From: Camelus dromedarius
Taxonomy: Eukaryota
Reading direction: 5' to 3'
Length of the DNA: 64,000 nucleotides
Assembly: GCF_036321535.1 (NCBI RefSeq)
Contig: NC_087437.1
Coordinates: 114,392,001 to 114,456,000, forward strand
Under the pieces are notes generated by a model. It was not told the DNA's origin, ran no database searches, and was given only the letters and a program-made list of their open reading frames with translations. A program made the position numbers and the translations under genes. This document shows, piece by piece, positions 50,237-61,779 of the stretch (positions are counted from its first letter, which is position 1; each line of letters starts with the position of its first letter).

Positions 50237-51469
50237 GATGACTTTTTGCATATAAGAAATGTTAGTCTATTAAGTAAAATTTTATAGCCAAACACAAAAG
50301 CCATTATCAGTTGTGTCCTGGAACCCATAGAATCACATTCTACGCACCTGTAAATAACCATTAAAGAAAATGTAAAGGCTATTATCACTTGAGCAAGAAT
50401 CGTTTTTGGTAACTGGTTCTGTTTCTGTTTGCCACGAGAAATATATCCTCTTCATATACGTCCTCCCTTGCTTTCTCTAGGTGTATAAAATGACAGCTTA
50501 TGTGGAAACAAAACTAAGGTCAAATTACCAATATCCTGTGTGTAGCTGGAGGTCAGAATTACCTTTTTAAAGAGCCCTGAGGCCCAGAATGAATTTCTAT
50601 TTATTCAGCAATCTACCTCCCAAACTCAGCTAACAATAAAGAAGAAGAAAAGGGAGAAAAGTTCTCAAGCTCAGAGTTGAGCCTGTGTTTGCAAATGATA
50701 AAGAAAAAGAAAGATGTAAGCAGGCCCAACCAGAGTTAGAAGTTCCTTGCCTTTGTAAAGGCAAATATTTGATTGGTTTGACTCAGCTTGAATAATTTCA
50801 GTTGCTTGATATTACAGAGAAAAGAAAGTTTACACTGGCAGATGACGAAGCAGCTCATGATGTGCTTTATAGGATCCCTATATATTTTTTTAATTTAATG
50901 AGCACCTATTTTGTGCTTGGCACAGTGCTGGGAACACAGATGCCATGACAAGTAGCTGTGGCCATAAACCCGAGGAAAGCCTGGCCACTTCTTTTTCATT
51001 TGTTGGCCACACTCTTTGACTGTTTTGGATTTTAATACATTATGGAGACATAACCCCCTTCCAGAAATACCTGGTAACTAACACTGGTTTAATTGTGTAT
51101 AATGCTTATTTTGGCTTCAACAGAAAGGCTTCTGGATCATGGATTTCGGCAGATTGAAAAGTCATGTCCTGCATGACACAGCCCAGGGGGCGCTGCCTTT
51201 CCCATCGTTACCCAGCTCTCTTGCTCCTAGCCCGCGCTGCCAGTTGCTCTGGTCTACTCAGGATACCAGAGTATCACTCCTAGTGAGCTGCTCCTAACAA
51301 TGCGTATTGCTTTCACACACTCCTTACTACATTTATCTCATTTGTGCTTCACAACATCTTTGAAAGATAGATAAAGAAATGGGATGTAAGGTGAGATGTA
51401 CAATGTTCTAAAACCTTGCAACTCAAGACCAGTTTCCACTTTGATACTTACTGCTTAGTTCCATAGTCT

Positions 51470-51812
51470 GCTAGCTGTCTTCCTGGCTTCCTCCACCCTC
51501 AGCCCACTCCTACCCAGTCCCCTTTATGGCACCAAAGGGATTTTTCAAAAATTCAAATATGAACATAGTATTTCCCCCACATAATCCTGCCCAGTGGCTC
51601 CATGTCACCAACCAAAAACAAGTGGGACTACTCAGTGTGTCTGCTGGGTCTTCTGATCACCACTTCTGACTGCTTCTCTCCTGCTGGGGCCAGTGTTTCA
51701 GCCCCATCAAAGCCATTGCACGTGTAGTCCCCCCTACCTGTACCACCCTCATTCTCAGAAGACTAACTCCTACTCATCCTCCAGAAGTCAGCACAAGCAT
51801 CCCATCTTCCAT
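51470..51812 (+). mobile_element. L2 fragment
   Basis: CACCAAAGGGATTTTTCAAAAATTCAAATATGAACA and TAACTCCTACTCATCCTCCAGAAGTCAGC. Confidence 0.6.
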
Positions 51813-52199
51813 GAAACAAACTTCTTAGAAACACTCAGCTTTTAATAAGGAAGTACATTTGTGTCAATACCTTCTTTGGAGGAGACAGGCAGGGTGGATT
51901 TGACCCCAGAGAGAAAGTTACACTCAACCTTAAATAATTTGCATCTCTGCTTTTTCTTTCATCCAGGACCCATAATTAATAATGAAGTAGACTCAGTACA
52001 CCAGGATGAGAATCATTGATTTTACTGCCAAAGCCCCAGGAAACTAGGCAAGTCAAGGAATCAGTCAGAACTGACAACATCACACAGGAAAATATGCATA
52101 GAGACAAAAAATACACTTTGATATTTTCTACCCTTGCAGAATACCCTTTCCACAGAAGTATATCTTTCACTTTTATCACTGAACCCAAGAACTTATGGG

Positions 52200-52360
52200 G
52201 AATAAGATGACTGGATTTAGGATCCAACCTAATCCAAGATGATTTCACCTTGAGATCCTCAATTTAGTCATATCTACAAAGACCATCTTTTTCCAAATAA
52301 GGTCACATTCACAGGCTCCAGAGGAATGTATCTTTGGGGGGACCACCATTCAACCCACTA
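52200..52360 (-). mobile_element. MLT1 LTR fragment
   Basis: AAAGACCATCTTTTTCCAAATAAGGTCACATTCACAGG...CCATTCAACCCACTA. Confidence 0.8.
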
Positions 52361-53609
52361 GAGAGCAAGTATCACTCTGATTGAAACCTTATCACTAACA
52401 CCCCCAGTTCTGAATCCCCTGAACACACTTTCTTCCCATTGTGATTTCATTCCCAGGTAGCATGATCTCTTTGGAGTTCTTGAGACTTCAGCCTCTCTGC
52501 AATTATATTTCTTGTGGAAAATCAATGGATTGGAATTCTGGCTGTACGCTTGAGTCTCATGAGTGAAATGATTGTGTATCTGTGCTAGAGAGAGAGAGGG
52601 TCCATCTCTTACTGGGGTGGCCCAACATTCTTTCTAAGTCTGCAGACCTGGAGCCAAATCCAATCCTGGGAAATTAAGGCAATTTTCCTAAGGTGATCCA
52701 TCCAGGAGGCTCCTGGAGAGATTTGCCTGCTGGCCGTTCCACAGATGACCCTCCCCATACCTGGCTAAGTAAGGACCAGAGCTCCTCGGGGAGCCCATAC
52801 GCCATCTAGATCATTCCACCCTATTTTGTGCTGACCAGTGGTTTGGCCCTTTGAGTCCATCTTGTGGAAGATAAGGAGTGGAGCCAGTCAAGATGGCAGA
52901 AAAGGTAGAGAAGAACTTTGAAGACCATCCTGAGCCCTAATGAACCATCTTACTGAGCAATGCCCCCTGTCCAAATACAAGTGTGACTCGTGGCCAGGAA
53001 GCCACTGTCTGAGAAGCACGGGCCTCCTGCACTGGAATTTGACATGCAACCTGGCCTCCTTTAACAGGTCACGCTTTATGCCAACAGACACTATACTTTC
53101 AAAACTCTCTCTCCTGGCTACTATCTAAAAAGCCAGTAGAAATAGATCTACACAGAGACTTTTTAACCTATTTTGTGTTGCTATCTTGTTATTGCTTTTG
53201 GTGGTCTTGCGTGATTTCCACAGGATCTAGCTTCTTGGAGAAGCTTGTAGCTTTCCAGTGATTAGAACTATTCTTTGTGATAGGAAAAGGATGTTAAACT
53301 AAGATCTTAAGTGTCACAAGGACACTGTGTGTGTGTGTCCTCAGAAAGACATTACTGCTGAGAGAGAAAAAGCTTCTACATGCTTTTATCTCTGAACTTC
53401 TGGAAACTATAGAAATTCTCTGATTGGGAAGGTGCTCATTACCTGACCAAAGACACTGAAACAGGGAAGAAGGACCTGATGGGAAAGGATAGAGGGAAAG
53501 ACAGGTTTGGGGAACCAGAGCTAGCAAATGGGAACTTAGTGCTCTAACTAAAGTCATCCTTGGTTATGCTCCTGAAGTTAATTTAACTTAAAAATATGTT
53601 TTTCACTGA

Positions 53610-54312
53610 AAATAGACTTACCCTATGATCCAGCAATCCCATTTCTTGGTATATATCTGGAGGAAACTCTAATTTGAAAAGATACATGCACCCCAATGTT
53701 CATAGCAACACTATTTACAATAGCCAAGACAGGGGAGCAACCTAAATGTCCACCAACAGATGAATGGATAAAGAAGAGGTGGTATATATATGTATGCACA
53801 ATAGAATACCACTCAGCCATAAAAAAGAATGAAATAATACCTTTTGCAGCAACATGGATGGACCTGGAGATGGTCTTACTAAGTGAAGTAAGCCAGAAGG
53901 AGAAAGAAAAATATCATATGGTATCACTTATATGTGGACTGTAAAAAAAAAAAAAAAAAAAAAAAAAGGAAGACGAACTTATTTCCAAAACAGAGACAGA
54001 GACAGACTCACAGACAGAGAGGACAAACTTATGGTTACCAGGAAGGAAAGGGGGTGGGAAAAGATAAGTTGGGAGTTCGGAATTTGCAGATACTAACTAC
54101 TATGTATAAAAAAATTAAACAACAAGGTCCTACTGTATAGCATAGGGAACGATATGCAATACCTTGTAATGGCCTATAATGAGAAACAATATAAAAAGAA
54201 ATATATATGTAAATGAATTACTATGCTGTGCACTAAAAATTAACACAAGATTCTAAATTAATTACACTTCAATATAAATAAATAAGTAAATAAATTTGAG
54301 TTAAAAAAAAAA
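53610..54312 (+). mobile_element. Young L1 (ORF2 C-terminus remnant plus 3' UTR)
   Basis: The ORF at 53696-53944 (MFIATLFTIAKTGEQPKCPPTDEWIKKRWYIY...YHSAIKKNEIIPFAATWMDLE) is the L1 ORF2p C-terminus. Confidence 0.93.
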
Positions 54313-54402
54313 AGACATTTTTCTTTATATATGAAGTACTTGGGTGTAAACTGAATGTCCTGCCTGGCTTCCCTTCATTTTCTGTACCAAAAATCAGCCT
54401 AA

Positions 54403-54953
54403 GCCAAGACATGGAAACAACCTAAATGTCCATCGACAGATGACTAGCTAAAGAAGCTGTGGTATATTTACACAATGGAATACCACTCAGCCATAAAAAA
54501 TAACAAAACAACGCCATTTGCAGCAACATGCGTGGGCCTGGAGATTGTCATTCTAAGTGAAGTAAACCAGAAAGAGAAAGAAAAATATCATATGATACCA
54601 CTTATATGTGGAATCTAAAAACAAGACAAACGAACTTATTTACAAAACAGAAACAGACTCACAGACATAGAAAACAAACTTAGGGCTACTGGGAAGGAAG
54701 TGGGTGGGAAGGGATAAATCGGGAGCTTGAGATTTGCAGATTCAAAATGATACATATAAAATAGATAAACAAGTTCACACTGTATAGGACAGGGAACTAT
54801 ATTCAATATCTTATAGTAACATGGTGAAAATGAATATGAAAATGAATATCTGTATGTTCATGTATGACTGAAGCATTATGCTGTACACCAGAAATTGACA
54901 CATTGTAAACTGATTACACCTCAATAAAATATATACACATAAAACAAACCAAG
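54403..54953 (+). mobile_element. Young 5'-truncated L1
   Basis: TSD AAAAT(C/T)AGCCTAA at 54390-54402 and 54954-54966. Confidence 0.92.
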
Positions 54954-57089
54954 AAAATTAGCCTAAATGCTGTGTCTGCCCAGTCCCTCATCAGTTTTGG
55001 CCAACCAAGCAGAAATGCAGAGACGAGAAGTTCCAGCACATTCCTAACCAGTCTCCTCACAGTCCCTTGTGACACCAAACATTGATGGTAGATTGTCAAA
55101 AGTGGCAATGGTTTCTAGAGGGAAGAAAACAGCTTGCTAGTAGGAAGGGTCCAGCGAGAGGGCTATGCATGCTTTGAATTTCATTTCAGACCTAACCTTC
55201 CCCTGGTCTCTGCCTAATAGAAACGAAAGAGTGAAATATTCTGGAAAACATAAGTAGTGGAATCCTTAAGTGAACACTCAGAAATAGGGTACTAGAAACC
55301 CACCCTCATGTCTCTTCAGACAGGAAGTAGCAATCTCATTTCAGGAAATATTAGTGATCTCCATAACTTAGCATTTCCTGTAAAGGAGCTGAGTAAAAGG
55401 GGGAAATGATATATCCAGCTTGCAAAAACTGCAGTGTCTAACGCATTCCAAGTCTTACTTATCTAAAGGCTTCAAAAGTCAACCCCAGGGTAAATACAGA
55501 AACATCCCTAGTTAAGAGGACTGTGCATATATTCATTTTATGTAATATTCTGTCACATTGACTCTCCAAATGCTGAGTTTCCCATAAGGATTTTGGAATA
55601 TGTCATGTAAACCAATGGCGACTTTATAGTAGATATTTTTCCTACTTTGAAGAGTTTTTCATCTTCAGGTAAGGATCAGACAAGAGCTAAAATGACATCT
55701 TTTTTTTAATTGTCTGCCTTTTTTTAATAGAAGTTTTCTTCTTTTTTGAAGGTGAAGTATGCTGTTCTTTATGATGACTTTGTCACCACCAACAGAAATT
55801 CAGAGCAGAGCTCTGAAGGTAGATCAGGGAGGATTACCTATGTGTCATTTTTGGAATTCAGCTCAGCTTACAGAAGAACTGTCAACTGTTTTCATATTCC
55901 ATTTCCTAGGAAAACATAGTCCATGTTCAACAGAAGCTCATTAAATTCCAAAGCAGCCAATCAAGGGACCCGTAGCCTGTCCCCAGGTGAGATGTGGCTA
56001 CGTCTGGGTCAGCATGAAGAAATACATTATCAATATGTGAACACGAGCAGTTTCAGGAGAAGGTCTTTGCATTCCTGCCTTGTGTTTCATCGAAACCAGC
56101 ACATGGAGCTCACGCTTCCAGACAGAAGTCAACTCCGCTTTGACCCTTGTTTTCACCAAATTCACTGACATTCCAGGAGAGCAGAGTTGCCTGGATGAAA
56201 CCAAAGAATCTTCTGGCAACCCCCAAATCCTACGCCTGACAGCAGCCTATACAAAGTGAGTCTGAGAAATGTAATACATCTTAGGAATGCACCTGAAAAA
56301 CAGCAATATTATATCCACCAGGGGAAAAGTCTTCCTGGGGATTAGTGTGAGCTCTGAAACTTGAGGCCTTCCAAGCTTTCATAATTGTTACCCCAATTAA
56401 TGGAACTGCAGACACCATTCTTCTGTGCCCAAGTACAATCATGTCACGTTCCTCTGAAGCTCACAAAGCCATTTGCTTCCACACTGCCCTCTGGGAGGGA
56501 GTCTCGAGGTTAATGACTCTCCACCTAAGCCTATCATCCACCTGCAGCACGAGTGCTTTTTCTTGGCATTTCAGTCATGCCCTGACCTTGGAGAGGACGA
56601 TGTAAAGGGGAATGCATGATTAACTTTCCATTTATAAACCAATTCTTTTGCTATCGGCACCTTCATTCTGCAATCACTGACATAAAATCTTTTACAAAAC
56701 TAAATGTAATAAATGAGAAATCGATTGGATTTCTAAAGTTTGCTTTGACCTCAGCCATTAATAAGAGATGTCCTTTAGGAAGAAAAGTCTGTCTGTAGAA
56801 GTGACTCCCCATCAGAACCCAGCCGTGCTACCTCCGGAGGAGATGTGGCCACGTCCAATCAAAGCAGAGAAACTCTTATTCATTTTTAACTGAATTGACA
56901 GACAAGTACTATTCTTCTACCTAAAAAGGAAGGAGAGAATGCTTTCATGTAGATCTACAAAAACGAAACTTACACCAAAAGCTCATGCAAGGTCAATGAA
57001 TAACAAAGTTTTCCACTCCCACTGCAGATTCCTTGCCCTGATGTGACCTTCCCAGATGATCTTCCCCAGAGGTCAACCCACTGCCCTCT

Positions 57090-57320
57090 TTCTCTTCTCC
57101 AGGTCTTCATTCAAACTCCATCTTGGGGGTAAGGTCTTCCCTAACCACCTGTTGACACTTGTGAAGCCCTTGCCCCACCATGCCCACCTGCTTTCTCTAT
57201 TCAGTGTTCCTTTATAGCATTTCTATATTTGATATTCTGTACATTTTGTCTATTCCTTTATTCTGCTTATTGCGTGTCTCCCCTCACGAGAAGGGAAACT
57301 GCATGAGGACCGGGAGATAA
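57090..57320 (+). mobile_element. L2 fragment
   Basis: AGGTCTTCCCTAACCACCTG...TTATTGCGTGTCTCCCCTCACGAGAAGGGAAACTGCATGAGGAC. Confidence 0.65.
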
Positions 57321-57656
57321 CAACAGCTAAACATAAATTATCCTAGAACAGACACTCAGTAAATATAGCAACATAAAATGGTTAAAATGGAAAGTCAAAA
57401 TAAAATCGCTCACCATGAACAAGTAACCACCTGCTCTCCACTCAGGTGGACAACGTGGTGAAGCCACTGTCCAAGTGAGCCAAGGTCAAAATAGGAGAAA
57501 TATGGCTCATGCCCATCGGACACAAAGCCCCGTGCCTTCCACGTCACCCTGAGCCCTGACTCCAACAGCAGCCGTGCTCCCTGTACACCACTCCACCTGA
57601 GAGACTCTAGTGGGAGGAGGGGAAATGTTCCCTCTGGTTTCCAGCTTGCTGATCGA

Positions 57657-57960
57657 CTCTGGCGACTTCATGTGAGTGCAGCCGGCATATTCCCACAAGG
57701 CCCCGCGCTCAGAAGGGCTCCCACGTTTGGTTTAATGCTCTGTTGATATCTTGAAATTCTTGATAATTTACCTATGAATTTGTTTTTTATAAGTGAAGTT
57801 CAGTGGGACAGTGGAGGGTGCATACAAGCAGAGGAGACACATGAACTGAAGGAAAAAGTCTTCATATTTTCATACCTTTAACAGCACTTTCTCTATGTTT
57901 TCAACAAGCCGCCCCATTTTCACTTTGTGCTAGACCCCCAAAATTACGGGGTTGGTCCTG
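57657..57960. mobile_element. hAT-Tip100 element (MER91/Zaphod-like)
   Basis: GGCCCCGCGCTCAGAAGGGCTCCCACGTTTGGTTTAATGCTCTG and CCCCATTTTCACTTTGTGCTAGACCCCCAAAATTAC...GGTCCTG match the two MER91-type ends. Confidence 0.78.
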
Positions 57961-58415
57961 GTTGTATCCATGTTATTTCTGGAGAGTCAAAAAAACTTTC
58001 TAAAGTGGAGGAATCCATCCTTTCTTATATGGTCTCTTCTCCCACCTTGAAAGAAATGTGGTCATCTTTTTGGGCTAACAACCACTACCAAGCTTAGATT
58101 CAATTAAACCAGAAATTAAGGAGAGCAACTGAGGCAATGAATTGATCTGGAAGCAAAGAAAACAATGGAGAAAATTCTTTTATAAAATAATGACTGAAAA
58201 TGTTAATAATAGTAGCGTGGAAACTTTTTGTTGTTTGAGAACTTTTCAAAAAGTTATTTACTGAAGTCATATGACAATATACTCCAAGTGCACCATGTAC
58301 TAAAAGAGAATCGTTTAATCCACCTCTTCCCCAGGGAAGAATAGAGATTAGTGGACACAACCCAAAGCTTTTCAAATACTGGAGAGAATTTGGCCATTCA
58401 ACAATTATGCAAATT

Positions 58416-58630
58416 GGGAGTTTGAGATTTGCAGATTCTTACTATGTATAAAATAGATAAACAACAAGTGTACACTGTATAGCACGGGGAACTATATTCA
58501 ATATCTTGTAGTAACCTGTAATGAAAAAGAATATGAAAATGAATATATGTATGTACATGTATGACTGAACTATTATGCTGTACATCAGAAATTGACACAA
58601 CATTGTAAACTGACTATACTTCAATTTTTT
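58416..58630 (+). mobile_element. Young 5'-truncated L1
   Basis: Perfect TSD AATTATGCAAATT at 58403-58415 and 58631-58643. Confidence 0.93.
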
Positions 58631-59047
58631 AATTATGCAAATTAATGAAAGACAAAGTGCATCTTTATTTCCACAAGTTTCTAAATTTGAGAAAATACTA
58701 TGAACTTGGGATAAAAGTTAGATGGGTCATTCGTAAATTAAATTATGATGACACCTACATTTGGTAACTTTTAAGAAATCAAATAATTTAACCTCATATT
58801 CCCAACTGAGTATTATTTTCCTAACTGGCCAATCCTTCCCTATGTCTCTATTTCCACTATTCTGTAAAAGAGGATGCAAGACTTGGGAAGTAAAATCAAA
58901 TACCTGTAGGAACCAGACACATAATACAAATGTGTGAGTCATGTTGGATACAAGATAATAGAAGAGATGGGACAGTAGGCAATGCATGTGTCCCTGATGA
59001 AGAAGTGTTTTGTTTTTGTTTTGTTTTATTTTGTTTTTAAGAGGGCC

Positions 59048-59462
59048 TGTGTCAGTCTAAGTTTTCTGAAAAAGCAAAAACCAAGAGAGGATTAAATGTA
59101 CATGAAATTTATTAGGAGAAATGCCTACAAAAGAATGTGGAGGGAGCCAGAGGAGGTGTTGGACCACGATGCAGGTCTGACCCAAGGGAAGGAGAGAGGG
59201 AAGGAGGGAGTTTGAGTGGATGCCTCCTGGACTGCAATACAGTTCTACAGAAAGGTCTGCAAGGCCACTGGGGTAGGCCTCAAGCCACAGTCAGAGGTGC
59301 CCCACATCTCCCAGAAACAGGCCTGCCCCAGGTCCCTGCCTCGCTCAGTCATGGGAGGCGTGGCCTCAGCACCAACCAGTGATGGACTTCAGAGCTCAGA
59401 AGCTGGGGCTGTGGGTTAAGCCTGGCTGCCACCACTGGAGGTCTGAGGTCCTTCTCATGGCC
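59048..59462 (-). mobile_element. ERVL-class solo LTR (LTR16-family-like)
   Basis: TGTGTCAGTCTAAGTTTTCTGAAAAAGCA...ATTTATTAGG (antisense AATAAA)...GACCACGATGCAGGTCTGACCC...TTCTCATGGCC. Confidence 0.75.
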
Positions 59463-60639
59463 CCCTTGGTGCCCACAAAAGACACCTGAAGACCAGCAGT
59501 TTGAGACCCTGCCTGGGACCAGGTTAAAGTTGCCTCCTTCATTCTCTCGCCATCTCCCCCTCGATGAACCACTGTTATCTTCGGTGGGTACATCTCTTCA
59601 GACACAAGGAGAATTTAGTCATCCACTGCCCAGTCCAGAGACTTCGAAAGGATTCATCAGTTGAAAAACAGGCCTTGCACTTTTAGGAGAAAACACATTT
59701 TCCAAACCAGCTGTCCTTGCAGATCTGTGAGAAGTCAGTCACTGGCGTTATCGTCAGGCCAGAAAACTTGGATCAGGTGTCAGGCTGTTGGCATTTCCCC
59801 AAGGAGGTCACGGTGACTTTGCTGAATGTGGTTCCACAGCCAGATGAGTTATGCAGGAACAGACAGCATTTTTTAACTAATTAACTTTATACCAGTTTTT
59901 GAAACATAAAGGAATCTCTCATCCTCTCCTTTTTATACTGAAAAGTGCTTCCCTTGGGAAACTTCCAATGCTCCCATAGCCCCTTCCACGGATACAGAAA
60001 TAGCGTCCGTGTTATAATTTAAAGGCTGGGAAGACAAAGCCGTCAGCACCACCATGCCCAGCGCCTGTGAACATGTTAGCAGTAGCGTTGCCACACGACA
60101 GGACCGAGAGTCTAATGGCTCTGCTCCCCGAGGTGGCCTCAAGTTACCGGAATCATTCCGCTGGAGGCTGGAAGAAAATAAAGCAGCAAGCTCCCTGTAA
60201 ATACGGAACCAGGGAGGAGAATAATAAAGGAACATCCCTTTAAAAACACAAGTGAAATATGAAACATGAAGGCAGATTAATAGCTAAGCCTTCACAGGGG
60301 CAACCAGAAGTAAGAGGCCAACTTTGTTGCTGACACGTCCAAAATGCCACCTGAGGAAGCTGACTGCAAGGGGCTCCCTGGGGGAAACGACGGCCCTCCT
60401 CTTCAAGAGGAGACAAAGAAAGGAGCCGATGTCCCTAAAATACATGGCATGTGTTTTTGGAAAGAGATGCATGGAGAAGTACTTTGTCAAGAACTAATGT
60501 GAGATATGGAAGGATAAAAAATGTGAGACAGGAGTGAGCAATAGTCTACTGATATTTTTAACCAAGTGTGTGGTTGCACTATGTAGTCTTAAAATTGGAA
60601 TCATGAAATAATCTGTGTGTTGCCATTCTCAGGAAATTA

Positions 60640-61700
60640 GTCACCTACCAGGACATCCAAGAGTCCTCAAATCCAACATGTCCCCCAACAAACGCCCTGC
60701 CCTAATGTTTTCTTTCAGAACATGTCTGCCCTGTCTGTCCAGTTGTGCTCCATGGAAACCCACCCATGTTGGAAACCGTCTCTCCTTCATCCTGATATAA
60801 CCCATCAACGAGCCCTCCTGGTTTCACTTTCACTTGGATCCACCTGCTTCTCCTAACCCTAATTTCCACCCTGGTCTACACAAAGGTCACTTTTTCATTG
60901 CGGTATAGTTGATTTACAGTGTTGTATTAGTTTCAGGTGTACACCATAGTGATTCAATTATACATATATATATTCTTTCTCATATTCCTTTTCATTACAA
61001 GTTATTACAAGCTATTGAATGTAGTTCCCTGTGCTATACAGTAGGTCCTTGTTGTTTATCTACTTTATATATAATAGTGTGTGTGTGTGAATTCCACATT
61101 CCTAGTTTATCCCTCCTCCACCTCCTTTCCCCTTTGGTAACCATAAGTTTGTTTTCTATGTCTGTGAATCTGTTTCTGTTTTGTAAATAAGTTCATCTGT
61201 GTCTTTCTTTAGATTCCAGATATAAGTGATATCATATCTTTTCTTTTTTTTTTTTTTTCTTTCTGGCTGACTTCACTTAGAATGACGATCTCCATTAAAT
61301 CTTTCTGAAATCTACCTCTTCCTTTATTCTGTTTTCATCCCGTCCCAGTTCAAGTGTTCACAGCTTCCCAACTGGACTATTACAGGAGGGACCAGGCTAG
61401 TTAACCTGACTCTGGCCTCATGGCCTCTCAGGAGAATCTCTCTAACCAGCCACACAGTGATCATTCTAGAACACAAACCAGGCCTTGTTTCCCCACTGTT
61501 GAAAGCCACTTGTTTGTTCTCCACGTTCTCTGGACCAGTGTCTAAATAAATAGCATGTAAACCATATAAACCACAGCCTCCTCTCTGCTGCACCTCCAGC
61601 CCTCTCCTGGCCCCTGGCTACAGCAAACTTCCGCCTTCCTCTGGGAAACTCACTCTCCCAAGCAGACTTCTTTTTGCACAGGGAACTCTTCTTGTATGGT
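60640..61700 (+). mobile_element. L2 fragment split by an L1
   Basis: CTCAAATCCAACATGTCCCCCAAC on the left; GCCACACAGTGATCATTCTAGAACACAAACCAGGCC on the right. Confidence 0.7.
60891..61294 (-). mobile_element. Young L1 3' end
   Basis: GTATAGTTGATTTACAGTGTTGTATTAGTTTCAGGTGTACA...GACTTCACTTAGAATGACGATCTCCA. Confidence 0.9.
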
Positions 61701-61779
61701 TTTCATCCACTTATTCACTCAGCAGATATTTTTGAGGGGCTAAGATGTGACAATCATCCTTTAATTAAAAAAAAAATGA

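Noticed and set aside
53696..53944. L1 ORF2-like CDS
   Set aside because: Only the C-terminal remnant of a 5'-truncated copy with no promoter; reported as a mobile element.
59048..59462. LTR as the 3' LTR of the ERVL at 61780-64000
   Set aside because: Same strand and class, but the 2.3 kb between them holds L2 and unique sequence rather than pol or integrase; treated as a solo LTR.
60043..60065. REST/RE1 site (TCAGCACC-accat-GCCCAGCGCC)
   Set aside because: Spacer is 5 nt instead of 2, and the GGACAG half has two mismatches.
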